From Promethearchaeia archaeon (GTDB lineage: Archaea > Asgardarchaeota > Lokiarchaeia > Sigyniarchaeales > SOKP01), in contig JAHQWJ010000140.1 in NCBI GenBank assembly GCA_029856125.1, forward strand, positions 1 to 14,922: 14,922 bases of DNA, read 5' to 3'. The notes under the pieces are model-generated. The model worked only from the letters and a program-made list of their open reading frames with translations, made no database searches and was not told the DNA's origin. Positions 5,650-14,922 of this stretch are shown here, in pieces. A program made the translations under genes and the position numbers. Every line of letters begins with the position of its first letter. The stretch's first letter is position 1.

Positions 5650-6741
5650 ATGCAAATAACTGATGTTAAGACTTATATTTTACAATTGGATTTTAAGATT
5701 AAAATAGGAAGTATGCCGAGACTTCAAGCAAGTGGGCTTTATACAAATCTTAAAACAGATGAAGGAATTGATGGATGGGCCTTGTCGCACTGGAACTTAA
5801 GTAATTTAACTCAGAAACATTTCATTGACAATGCGCTAAGGAAGATGGTTTTAAAAAAAGATCCATTCATGGTCGAAGAAATCTTTCACGAACTATACCA
5901 AAATAGCAATAGGATTATGTTTGGAATACCTCAAGCTACTTCTGCAATCCAAATTGCATGCTGGGATATAATTGGAAAAGCTACGAAACAACCCATATAT
6001 AAACTTCTCGGAGGTAGAAAAAGAGAAGTAAAATGTTATGCGTCAATGCCTCGAGGTTATAAGCCAAAAGCAGCTGTAGGCGCAGTTGGAAGCGCGTTAC
6101 AGCCGGAACTCGGTGGTTTTAAAGCCGTTAAGCTCCGTATCGGGAATGGCGTCAAGAAGGACGAAGAATTGATAAAAGAAGTAAGGGATGCATTTCCAGA
6201 TATCGCTATCATGGTGGATGCGAATTCAGCGTATCATTCTGTTAACGACGCTTTAAAGGTTGCTGAAGTGTGTTATAAACACAGAGTCGAATGGTTAGAG
6301 GAGCCCATACCTACTGATAATCTCGCTGGACTAGCAAAAATACGAGAAAAATCACCTGTACAGATTGCAGGTGGAGAAAATGATATGGGGATTTTTCGGT
6401 TTGAGGATATTCTCTCGAAGGAATGCTTTGATATTGTCCAACCTGATGTGACTCGTAGTGGAGGGTTCTTACAACTAAAAAAAATTGATGCGATGGCAGA
6501 AGTGAAAGGAGTGCAATGTATACCACACATATTTGGCTTTGGACATATCCTGGCTGCTAATCTTCATTTTGTAATGGCCTCTCGCTGCGAATGGTGCGAA
6601 TTTCCGTTTATTCCAGACGAGTATCAATTACTTGAGGAACCTATAAAATGCGTTAAAGGGAAAGTAAAAGCGCTAGATGAGCCTGGCTTGGGAGTAAAAA
6701 TTAATAAGCAGATGTTTGAAGAAAATATTTTAAAAATATAG
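5650..6741 (+). CDS. Mandelate racemase/muconate lactonizing enzyme family protein (enolase superfamily; probable acid-sugar dehydratase), 363 aa
   Basis: SAIQIACWDIIGKA..QPIYKLLGG signature; metal ligands in VDAN, EEP and GGEN; QPD and PH (His-Asp dyad); PGLGV at the C-terminus. Confidence 0.93.
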   Translation: MQITDVKTYILQLDFKIKIGSMPRLQASGLYTNLKTDEGIDGWALSHWNLSNLTQKHFIDNALRKMVLKKDPFMVEEIFHELYQNSNRIMFGIPQATSAIQIACWDIIGKATKQPIYKLLGGRKREVKCYASMPRGYKPKAAVGAVGSALQPELGGFKAVKLRIGNGVKKDEELIKEVRDAFPDIAIMVDANSAYHSVNDALKVAEVCYKHRVEWLEEPIPTDNLAGLAKIREKSPVQIAGGENDMGIFRFEDILSKECFDIVQPDVTRSGGFLQLKKIDAMAEVKGVQCIPHIFGFGHILAANLHFVMASRCEWCEFPFIPDEYQLLEEPIKCVKGKVKALDEPGLGVKINKQMFEENILKI

Positions 6742-6760
6742 TTTTTTTTCTCTCTATTTA
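6742..6760 (+). terminator. Putative oligo-T terminator
   Basis: T8 at 6742-6749 immediately after the TAG stop. Confidence 0.5.
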
Positions 6761-6905
6761 ATTTATACTGTTTAAAATAAATTTTAATCTGATTTTACAT
6801 TACATACATCGAGATTTAAATTATACAAGCATTAAATATTAGAAAATCTATAAAGAAAAATCATTATTTATGTTGTTAATCTTTGATTTGGAGCCCTATT
6901 GATTT

Positions 6906-9900
6906 ATGAAACTTGGTAATAAACTCGAATTAATTTATATTCCCGCATCTTATTGGAATGAGCCATTAAGTGGGTTTGAATTAATTTCTAAAGCAAAACA
7001 ACTTCCTAAAAATTCTAGTTTTTTTCTATTGTGGAATCCAACAAATCCATCAGAAAAGGAGCTTAATGAGATAATTAAGCTCAGCTTTCCAACTATTCCA
7101 GCAAGTAAGTTATTAACTTGTAAAATCAACTTTGCGGTTCCGGTACCTTCATTAAAAGCCGATGGAAATATGGCATCTTCCACGCAATTTTTTGATGTAT
7201 CGTCATTCAATGGAAAAATCATGCCTATTGCACCTACTGTAAAATTACTATTTCAATTGGAAATAGTTGGGAGCCAAGATAGAGGTAAGAAGCGTTTTAG
7301 TAATTCTATTAAGACGTGGGCATTTTTAACAAAATTAATATATGAATTACTAAACAACGGAAAATTCGTTCCTACTTTAGAACCAGCTACAAGGGAAATA
7401 TACACTGGTCAATGGCGCTTATTACTAAAGTCTCAAGAAGATAAAGATCGTTTTAAAACGATCTTAACTAATAGTTCTTGGCCCGCTTTTTGTCTTCCTA
7501 TAAATTTCATTCGAGTAAATGGAGCAATTAAAGCAGATGGCCTTTGGCACCCATCCTACATTTTTTCAAACTTCATGGATACTATAGGAGATTATTTAAT
7601 TCGTTCCACGCTTAATAAAAGTGATTTTCAAACGTTTAAAGAATTTTATAGTACAGAAATTAAAAAAGAAATGGATCCAGAGTTTAAATTGGGTTGGGAT
7701 TACAAATTTCTTAAAGCCCTCATCAGTAAAGATCCTAGTTTCAAAGTAGAAGAATTTTATGAAACTATTTTACCAACACTAATTACGAATTGGACTCAAT
7801 CTGCTCAAGGACTTACGCTAAAGCACGGTTTTACGTTCAATTTAGAATTAAAATACCCTAAAAAACCAGAAGATGATTGGCCATTATCATTTTACCTTTC
7901 TTCACAAGACGGTACAAAACCTATTCCTTTAAGTGAACTATGGGAAGGTAGTAGCATTAAAAGAAATTTTGAAACCGATGGACAATTTTTAGAAATAATT
8001 CTAAGAGCATTGGGTGCAGCATCAAAAATATTCCCACCAATTAAAAGAGCTCTATTAAAAACCATAAAAAGCGAGATTAAACTTACATCCAGAGAAGTAA
8101 TGGATTTTTTAAGATATCCAAAAGATTTATTGATCCAAAGTGGATTTAATATTATTCTTCCTGATGTATTCAATAGAGGAGGAAAACAACGTTTATCAGC
8201 AAAGCTAATTATTCGTTCAACAAAAGATGATAAAAAGGTAAAAAAAGGGACTTACTCCGTTTTACCATCAATGTTTGATATCGATTCAATGTTAGAATCT
8301 AGATGGGAGGTCTCTCTTGAAGGAAAAATAATTTCTGATGAAAAATTCGATAGTTTGATTAGCTCCAGCGAACCGTTAATCAACTTAAGTGGAAAATGGA
8401 TATTAGTTGATCAGCAAGATATTGAAGATTTAAAGAGCATTAAAGATGCTGGAATAAAAAATTACATGGATGCTCTTAAACTTGGATTAACGGGAAAGAC
8501 TCAACTACAAGAAAACGGTATTAAGTACGATGTTATTGTCGAAGGAGAATTAAGCGAGATTATCGAAAAATTACAAACTATAGAATCATTTGAAGAAATT
8601 CCTTCTTCTTCATCGTTTAACGGAAACTTGCGCCATTATCAGCAGGAAGGGCTAACATGGATGGCAAATATGGCAAGATTCAACTTTGGATTATGTTTAG
8701 CTGACGATATGGGACTTGGAAAGACTATTGAAGTCATAGCTTTTTTAAGTTATCTTAAAGATCAATTTCCTAATAATCTGGGAAGTGTTTTAATTATATG
8801 TCCTACTTCAATATTATTCAATTGGCACCGTGAGTTAAAGAAATTTGCTCCGGATTTAGATGTAGTGCTTCACCATGGAGCTAAGCGAATTACGGAAGCA
8901 TCAGGAATTCCTGAGTTTTTAAAACCGCATCGAATTTTTCTTACTTCCTATGGAACTATTAGAAATGATATTGATTTTTTAGAAACAATTGATTTTAGCG
9001 GAATCATCGTTGACGAGAGTCAAAACATGAAAAATTACGCTTCAAAACAAACTAAAGCAATAAACAAGTTAAAAAGCCAATTTAGAATTTGTTTAAGCGG
9101 TACTCCAATAGAGAATCGTTTACTTGAGCTTTGGACGCTTTTTAATTTCTTAAATCCCGGTTTATTAGGAAACAGGGTGGATTTTCAAAAAAAGTACGTC
9201 TTGCCAATTGAGCGATTTCAAAATCAAGAAATAATTGATAATTTAAAGCTAATTATTGCTCCCTTTATCCTACGTCGCGTCAAATCAGATAAATCCATCA
9301 TAGATGATTTACCAGAAAAGAATGAAATGAAAGTAATTATCGAATTGACTGAAGACCAAGTTAAACTCTACAAAGAACTTGTAGAAAATACGTTGAAAGA
9401 GATTGAAACTTTGTCAATAGATAAAAGAAAGAAAAAAGGGTTAATATTAGCCTTATTAGTAAAATTGAAACAGATTTGTAATCATCCCTTTCAATATCTG
9501 AAAATCGATATTACATCATTAGATCTGGATGAAAAAATGGAGGAAATTGTCTCCCAATCACAAAAATTAAAGAGATTATTAGAAATGACTGATGAAGTAA
9601 TCTCAAATGGAGAAAAAGTCTTGATTTTCACTCAATTCACGCAAATGGGGAATCTCTTACAAAAAATTCTTGAACACAAGTATAAATTCAAGATTCTTTA
9701 CTTTCATGGAGGCGTGCAAGAAAAGAAACGAAAAGAAATTGTTGATGAATTTCAATCAGAAAATATCGATAGCCCTCCAATATTAATTTTGTCTCTGAAA
9801 GCGGGTGGAACGGGCTTAAACTTGACCCAAGGAACTACAGTTGTCCATATTGATCGTTGGTGGAATCCCGCAGTTGAGGATCAGGCAACGGATAGGGCGT

Positions 9901-10091
9901 ATCGAATTGGTCAAAAATCAGTAGTAAATGTTTATAAATTCATTTCTAAAGGAACTATTGAAGAAAAAATCGACTACTTATTAGAAGAAAAGCGAGATCT
10001 AGCAGATAAAATCGTTGAATCCACAGGAGAGTCTTGGATCTCAAATTTAGATGATGAAAAATTAAAAAAATTGTTATTATTAAGTAATTAA
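6906..10091 (+). CDS. Snf2/Swi2-family ATPase (prokaryotic SSO1653/YwqA-like), 1061 aa
   Basis: LRHYQQEG Q motif, LADDMGLGKT (I), CPTS (Ia), VDESQ (II), SGTPIEN (III), LRRVK, IFTQF (IV), SLKAGGTGLNL (V), WWNP and QATDRAYRIGQ (VI). About 570 aa of N-terminal region, including a PLINLSGKWILVD segment typical of the DUF3670-like region. Confidence 0.96.
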   Translation: MKLGNKLELIYIPASYWNEPLSGFELISKAKQLPKNSSFFLLWNPTNPSEKELNEIIKLSFPTIPASKLLTCKINFAVPVPSLKADGNMASSTQFFDVSSFNGKIMPIAPTVKLLFQLEIVGSQDRGKKRFSNSIKTWAFLTKLIYELLNNGKFVPTLEPATREIYTGQWRLLLKSQEDKDRFKTILTNSSWPAFCLPINFIRVNGAIKADGLWHPSYIFSNFMDTIGDYLIRSTLNKSDFQTFKEFYSTEIKKEMDPEFKLGWDYKFLKALISKDPSFKVEEFYETILPTLITNWTQSAQGLTLKHGFTFNLELKYPKKPEDDWPLSFYLSSQDGTKPIPLSELWEGSSIKRNFETDGQFLEIILRALGAASKIFPPIKRALLKTIKSEIKLTSREVMDFLRYPKDLLIQSGFNIILPDVFNRGGKQRLSAKLIIRSTKDDKKVKKGTYSVLPSMFDIDSMLESRWEVSLEGKIISDEKFDSLISSSEPLINLSGKWILVDQQDIEDLKSIKDAGIKNYMDALKLGLTGKTQLQENGIKYDVIVEGELSEIIEKLQTIESFEEIPSSSSFNGNLRHYQQEGLTWMANMARFNFGLCLADDMGLGKTIEVIAFLSYLKDQFPNNLGSVLIICPTSILFNWHRELKKFAPDLDVVLHHGAKRITEASGIPEFLKPHRIFLTSYGTIRNDIDFLETIDFSGIIVDESQNMKNYASKQTKAINKLKSQFRICLSGTPIENRLLELWTLFNFLNPGLLGNRVDFQKKYVLPIERFQNQEIIDNLKLIIAPFILRRVKSDKSIIDDLPEKNEMKVIIELTEDQVKLYKELVENTLKEIETLSIDKRKKKGLILALLVKLKQICNHPFQYLKIDITSLDLDEKMEEIVSQSQKLKRLLEMTDEVISNGEKVLIFTQFTQMGNLLQKILEHKYKFKILYFHGGVQEKKRKEIVDEFQSENIDSPPILILSLKAGGTGLNLTQGTTVVHIDRWWNPAVEDQATDRAYRIGQKSVVNVYKFISKGTIEEKIDYLLEEKRDLADKIVESTGESWISNLDDEKLKKLLLLSN

Positions 10092-10100
10092 AAACTAAAA

Positions 10101-11054
10101 GTGATAAAAATAGACAATCGTAAAAAAGAATTCATGGAAAATCGTCGTATTAAGCGCAAAGGGCCAGATAAACCCCAAAGAAAGAGTGAATACGAGAAAG
10201 AACGCACTCGTGAAGAAGTTGAGCAAATTAAAAAAAATCTCGTAAATTTTGCCAAAACTTCCTGGGGAAAACAATGGATTCAATCTAATTTACAAATAGG
10301 ACGGCCCTTTAGAATGCAAAGGGGGATTGAATATGTTAAAGATGAACGACGAATTGAAAATCTTTCTATTAGTACAGGTCAAATCTTCGCAACCGTACAA
10401 GGTACCGCTCCAACGCCATATAGAGTGAAAATAAATTTTGAACCGATCCTCGAAGAAGGATGGAAAATCATACTTAAAGAACTAACAAAAAAAACCATCA
10501 ATCTGATAGAATTATTAGAAGGATTATTACCAGAAGATATAATTACAATTTTTGACGAGAATGGATATTCGCTATTTCCAAACGCTTCGAAAGGCTTAAA
10601 TGCAACTTGTTCTTGTCCCGATACGGCAATTCCATGCAAGCACATTGCTGCTGTAATTTTATACATCGCCCGCGTTTTGGATTATAATCCATTTCTACTG
10701 TTAGAATTGCAGGGAAAATCTAAAAGCGAAATTCTTAACGAATTAAGTTTAGGGCAAGGAGCAAAAAGTAAAAATGAAGCAGAAAAAATGTCTACTACAA
10801 GTAACGTTGAGTTTAAATTTAACGTTCCAAAAATCTCTATTGTAGAATTATCAAGCGAACAAAAAAAATCAGGCACAGATATTGAAGATTATAATATTGG
10901 GTTTACATTTAGAAAACCGGGAAAAATTATAGAAACTTTAGAAAATCTAGGCGTTCCTCAAACTATAGAAAATAAGGCTTTTGAGATCGTATTAAGATCA
11001 ATTTATCGCAAAATTACATCAAAAATACATGACACATCTTTAGAACTAGGTTAA
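10101..11054 (+). CDS. SWIM zinc-finger protein (YwqB-like partner of Snf2)
   Basis: CSCPDTAIPCKH = CxCxnCxH SWIM motif; WGKQW, RMQRG..Y, ATVQGT..PY.V and PFLLLELQG are typical of the family. Starts 9 bp after the Snf2 stop (GTG 10101; alternative ATG 10134). Confidence 0.92.
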   Translation: MIKIDNRKKEFMENRRIKRKGPDKPQRKSEYEKERTREEVEQIKKNLVNFAKTSWGKQWIQSNLQIGRPFRMQRGIEYVKDERRIENLSISTGQIFATVQGTAPTPYRVKINFEPILEEGWKIILKELTKKTINLIELLEGLLPEDIITIFDENGYSLFPNASKGLNATCSCPDTAIPCKHIAAVILYIARVLDYNPFLLLELQGKSKSEILNELSLGQGAKSKNEAEKMSTTSNVEFKFNVPKISIVELSSEQKKSGTDIEDYNIGFTFRKPGKIIETLENLGVPQTIENKAFEIVLRSIYRKITSKIHDTSLELG

Positions 11055-11132
11055 TTTTATATTTAGAAGTTCCTGAGCGAAAAATTAATTACTAATTGAG
11101 ATTATTTTATCAATATAAAACAAGGTGAGCTA

Positions 11133-12278
11133 ATGAAACCTATTACAGAAGAAAAATTCGAATCTATTTTGAAATTTTTAGATGAAAAGAAAATAGATGT
11201 TTTAATGATAAATGATTACGAAGACAGTCGGAATGTTAACTTACAATATCTTTCTGGTCATCCTACCGACGCAACGATATTAATAAATTCAAGTGGAGAA
11301 ACGATCTTAATACCATGGGACGTACCTTTAGCCGAAAAACAGTCGGAGGTTGATGAAATTATAAATCCTGCTAATTTCAAATTCAATCCATCTCTAGCAA
11401 TAAAAGATTTATTTGAAAACCGTTGGAAAAAATCTTCAATTACAGTTGGGGTCCATTCAATGACAACATATGGATTAATTGTAAAAATGAAAGCAATAAT
11501 GGCCGGAATTAAGTTTTTTGAAGAACCAATCCAAATAACGCAACTTTTCGAAAAACTGAGATCTACTAAAACAGAATTAGAGATTAAGAATTTATTAAAA
11601 GCAGCTCAAATTGGAAATAGAATTATCGATGATATCCAAGATTTCTGCATAAACAATCCTGACGGTACAGAAAAAGATTTATCATTTCTAGTGCGTAAAA
11701 AAATCGGGGATTATGGTGGTGATGATGTAGCTTTTGAACCTCTTGTTGGAAATTCATCACGAGCTCATGAAATTCATCAGCATCCTTTTGCTAGCGATCA
11801 GAGATTTGGTTTACCAGGGTTAGGTTTAATCGATTTTGGGGCAAAATATCAAGGATATAATAGTGACATTACAATTCCGATTAGTTTTGGTAAATTATCA
11901 GACGAACAGAATAAAATGCGAGAAACAACTGTCAAATCCTATGAAGCTGCCATTGAAATGATTGACATGGATGTACCCCTATGGAAAATCCATGTTACAG
12001 CAGAACAAATACTTAAGAATAGTGGTTATCTCATGCCTTATTCTTTAGGTCATGGTTTAGGGTTAACTGTACACGATTCACCGTTTATATCTCGAAAACC
12101 TACAGATGAGTATTCAAAAAAACATTGGAATGAAGAGACAATTCAAGACGGAATGGTGTTTACGATAGAACCTGGAGCTTATAAGCAAGGATTAGGCGGT
12201 CAAAGACTTGAGAACGATGTTTTAATTCGGAATGGAAAAGTCGAAGTTATAACTAACTCAGAACCGTTGAAATTTTGA
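11133..12278 (+). CDS. Xaa-Pro aminopeptidase/prolidase (peptidase M24B), 381 aa
   Basis: NLQYLSG creatinase-N motif; metal ligands in IDFG, SDIT, GHGLGLTVHD, TIEPG and RLEND. AGGTGA RBS at 11123-11128. Confidence 0.94.
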   Translation: MKPITEEKFESILKFLDEKKIDVLMINDYEDSRNVNLQYLSGHPTDATILINSSGETILIPWDVPLAEKQSEVDEIINPANFKFNPSLAIKDLFENRWKKSSITVGVHSMTTYGLIVKMKAIMAGIKFFEEPIQITQLFEKLRSTKTELEIKNLLKAAQIGNRIIDDIQDFCINNPDGTEKDLSFLVRKKIGDYGGDDVAFEPLVGNSSRAHEIHQHPFASDQRFGLPGLGLIDFGAKYQGYNSDITIPISFGKLSDEQNKMRETTVKSYEAAIEMIDMDVPLWKIHVTAEQILKNSGYLMPYSLGHGLGLTVHDSPFISRKPTDEYSKKHWNEETIQDGMVFTIEPGAYKQGLGGQRLENDVLIRNGKVEVITNSEPLKF

Positions 12279-12327
12279 AAATTTTGGTTTATAATATTTT
12301 TATTTATTTCTTTTCCTAAAGCTGAAT

Positions 12328-12345
12328 AATAAGTTTTAAATTAGT
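12328..12345 (+). promoter_or_regulatory. Putative TATA box for a leaderless or short-leader transcript of the MBL hydrolase
   Basis: AATAAGTTTTAAAT, with TTTAAA at 12335-12340 about 24 nt upstream of ATG 12364. No SD is visible. Confidence 0.35.
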
Positions 12346-12363
12346 GTTCTAATTATAGCTTTT

Positions 12364-13164
12364 ATGGCTAATTCAGAAGATTGGTATGAAGTATCAGAGC
12401 ATAAAGATTACTTATATGTTATCAGAGAAAGGCTAGATGAGCTTGATCCTCGCTTTTATACCACTTATGTAAATATATACTTAGTACTCGGCCATGAAAA
12501 AGCTCTATTAATTGATACTGGTTGTGGTCTTTTTCCTTTAAAACCGATTGTAGATGAAATTATCGGAACAAGAAAGCTATTAGTAGTTAATTCTCATTTT
12601 CACTTTGACCATAGAGGGGCAAATAGTGAATTTCCTGAAATATATATCCATGAAAGTGAGAAAAACGCGGTTTCTTTGCCATTAGATATGTCTTATATAA
12701 AAGATTCCTCAAAGGAATTAATAAGTGAGTATCGTAAAAAGGATTTTATTTTAACACCTGCACTAATCGCAAATTCATTAAAAGAAGGAGATGAGTTTGA
12801 TTTAGGAGGGATCAAGGTTAAAGTTTTTCATACGCCCGGTCATTCCGTAGGCTCAATATCTCTTTTAACTGATAAGGGTGATTTATTTACGGGAGATACT
12901 GCTCATTATGGAGCAATGTACCTACCAAAAAAACGACAATTTTCTGTAATTTTAGATAGCATTTCAAAATTACTAGGGCTTTTTGATGATTCGAATGTAC
13001 AAGAAATATATCCTTCACATGAAGAATACCCCGTGGGAAAAGAACTATTAGAAAAACTCTATGAAGGTATAACTAATATTGAAAACATTTGGGATACTAA
13101 AACTAAAGATAAGTTTTTGGGTTCGTGGATTTTAGAAGATGAGAATTTTATATATATAATTTAA
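12364..13164 (+). CDS. Metallo-beta-lactamase-fold hydrolase, 266 aa
   Basis: LLIDTG, SHFHFDH (HxHxDH), HTPGHS, FTGD and PSH motifs. Confidence 0.93.
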   Translation: MANSEDWYEVSEHKDYLYVIRERLDELDPRFYTTYVNIYLVLGHEKALLIDTGCGLFPLKPIVDEIIGTRKLLVVNSHFHFDHRGANSEFPEIYIHESEKNAVSLPLDMSYIKDSSKELISEYRKKDFILTPALIANSLKEGDEFDLGGIKVKVFHTPGHSVGSISLLTDKGDLFTGDTAHYGAMYLPKKRQFSVILDSISKLLGLFDDSNVQEIYPSHEEYPVGKELLEKLYEGITNIENIWDTKTKDKFLGSWILEDENFIYII

Positions 13165-13174
13165 GTTGCTGATC

Positions 13175-14922
13175 ATGGAAAAAGTAGAAAAGATTATTTT
13201 ATCGGAAAACTGGACATTATTGCACAAAGAGAAAGGCCTTAATGTACCTACAAATGTTCCTGGTTCTATATTTGAAACATTATTAGATAATGAAAGAATA
13301 GAGAACCCCTTTTATGGTTTAAATGAGCATAAGATGAGTTGGGTGTACGAATCAGAATGGGATTATGAAATAGAATTTGATTTGAATCCAAGTTTTTTAA
13401 AACACAAAGTAATATTACTCCGATTTTACGGACTGGATACCGTATCAGAAATTGTTTTAAATCAGGAGCATCTTGGATTTACAGATAATATGTTTGTTAG
13501 ATACGATTTTAACGTAAAAACTAAACTTAAGAGTAAAAAAAATAGATTGGTTGTTAAATTTAAAAGTCCAACTTTAAAAGCCCGAACAGAGATTGAAAAA
13601 GAAAGTATAAATTTAAACACGGGTTATGCTGCAATTCCGGGAGTACCGTATCTCCGTAAGGCACAGTATTCTTTTGGCTGGGATTGGGGGCCAAAATTAC
13701 CAGACATAGGGATATGGCAACCAATTGAACTAATTGGATATGATAATCTTAAAATCGATTCTATTTACATAACTCAGAAACTTCACTATAATAAAAATGT
13801 TAACGATTTAACTGAATTAGAAGAAATAACTGATATTGGGGTTATGTCAGCAGATTTATCAATCAAAATAAATTTGGAGTCTGATTTACCAACCACTGAC
13901 CTCAATAATTATAGTTTAGAGGCGGAGTTGAAAGCTCCTGATGGTAAGATATTTACTTCTGAGAAAGATGTCAACAGCGTAACCCCTAAAGTTGAATTTA
14001 CCCTTGAGTACCCATATCTTTGGTGGAGCCACGATCTGGGTACACCTAATCTATACGACCTTTCAATTATAATTAGTAAAAATGGGATAATAGATACCTT
14101 CCAGCAGAAAGTGGGCATAAGAGAGATACGACTAATACAAAATACTGACGAATGGGGAGAATCTTTTTTCTTTAGATTAAACGGCATTCCTATTTTTGCG
14201 AAAGGGGCTAATTGGATTCCAATAGATAGCTTTATTCCGAGAGGGAAAAAAAGAGGTTTATACCAATCAAATCTAGTTAACGCTAAAGAAGCTAACATGA
14301 ATATGATTCGCGTTTGGGGTGGGGGAATCTATGAAGATGATTTGTTTTACGATTTATGCGATGAATTAGGTATTTTAGTGTGGCAAGATTTCCCCTTTGC
14401 ATGTGCTGTTTATCCTTATAATGAAGATTTTCTTGAGAATTTTAAAACAGAAGCTACTCAAAACATTCAAAGATTGAGGAATCACCCAAGTTTGGCTTTA
14501 TGGTGTGGAAATAACGAAATTGAATGGTTATGGAAATGGGAACTACATAATGCTGAGATTACTCAAAAAGATAAACTAAATGAATTCAAATCGGGATATT
14601 TAGCAGTTTTTGAGAACATTTTACCGGAACTAATAATTACATACGACCCTAACCATCCTTATTGGCCTAGTTCTCCTTCTAACGGGTTTGTGGGAAGTAG
14701 TCTTGGAGCTCAAAATTCAAACTCACCAGATACTGGCGATTCGCACTTTTGGGACGTCTGGCATAGAAATAAACCATTTAAAGCCTATCGAAAATTTGAT
14801 TCGCGCTTTATGTCAGAATTCGGTTATGAATCCTTTCCTTCCATCAAAACAATTGAAGACATCTGCCCTACTGATCAATTTGATTTCTTCTCCCCTATAA
14901 TGGAAAACCATCAAAAAAATTC
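13175..14922 (+). CDS. Beta-mannosidase, glycoside hydrolase family 2; 3' end truncated by the window edge
   Basis: Not in the ORF track. Manual translation from ATG 13175 gives VPGSI, NPFYG.NE, GLDT, DNMF, RKAQYSFGWDWGP, KGANWIP, RVWGGGIYE, WQDFPFAC, WCGNNE (acid/base Glu at 14516-14518), WPSSP, GDSHFW and SEFG (nucleophile Glu at 14516+300 = 14816-14818). Both catalytic motifs are in frame with the start. Confidence 0.95.
   Translation, partial: MEKVEKIILSENWTLLHKEKGLNVPTNVPGSIFETLLDNERIENPFYGLNEHKMSWVYESEWDYEIEFDLNPSFLKHKVILLRFYGLDTVSEIVLNQEHLGFTDNMFVRYDFNVKTKLKSKKNRLVVKFKSPTLKARTEIEKESINLNTGYAAIPGVPYLRKAQYSFGWDWGPKLPDIGIWQPIELIGYDNLKIDSIYITQKLHYNKNVNDLTELEEITDIGVMSADLSIKINLESDLPTTDLNNYSLEAELKAPDGKIFTSEKDVNSVTPKVEFTLEYPYLWWSHDLGTPNLYDLSIIISKNGIIDTFQQKVGIREIRLIQNTDEWGESFFFRLNGIPIFAKGANWIPIDSFIPRGKKRGLYQSNLVNAKEANMNMIRVWGGGIYEDDLFYDLCDELGILVWQDFPFACAVYPYNEDFLENFKTEATQNIQRLRNHPSLALWCGNNEIEWLWKWELHNAEITQKDKLNEFKSGYLAVFENILPELIITYDPNHPYWPSSPSNGFVGSSLGAQNSNSPDTGDSHFWDVWHRNKPFKAYRKFDSRFMSEFGYESFPSIKTIEDICPTDQFDFFSPIMENHQKN

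Noticed and set aside
6273-10876. Minus-strand track ORFs 6273-6530, 6311-6526, 6950-7222, 7892-8173, 10095-10283, 10379-10666 and 10682-10876
   Set aside because: Antisense shadows of the enolase-family, Snf2 and SWIM genes.
6906-11054. Snf2 + SWIM as a named anti-phage defence system
   Set aside because: No methylase, nuclease or other defence genes nearby, and the flanks are housekeeping-type hydrolases.
12364-13164. MBL-fold gene as an antibiotic-resistance beta-lactamase
   Set aside because: HxHxDH is shared across the superfamily, and there is no signal peptide or mobile context.
13909-14900. Track ORFs 13909-14298 (-) and 14688-14900 (+)
   Set aside because: Both lie inside the GH2 beta-mannosidase reading frame, which has continuous family motifs.

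Overview
AT-rich, gene-dense chromosomal window with 11 supportable CDSs and no rRNA, tRNA, CRISPR array or mobile element. The gene content (roadblock/LC7 protein, longin/uDENN-like protein, archaeal-type thiolase with a DUF35 partner) and the archaeal-style TATA boxes and oligo-T tracts suggest an Asgard archaeon, probably Lokiarchaeia-like (inference). The left third is on the minus strand: longin/uDENN-like protein, GNAT acetyltransferase, catalytically dead HMG-CoA-synthase-like/DUF35 fusion, SCP2/archaeal-type thiolase, and a multidomain roadblock protein that runs off the left edge and is missing from the ORF track. The right two-thirds is on the plus strand: enolase-superfamily enzyme, Snf2 ATPase plus SWIM zinc-finger protein, Xaa-Pro peptidase, metallo-beta-lactamase-fold hydrolase, and a GH2 beta-mannosidase that runs off the right edge and is also missing from the track. 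The most unusual items are (i) the roadblock fusion with a recent internal duplication, an acidic/YPY-proline motif and a Zn-ribbon, (ii) the longin/uDENN-like + GNAT pair, and (iii) the pseudo-HMGCS-DUF35/thiolase pair. All family calls come from manual motif recognition; no database search was run.
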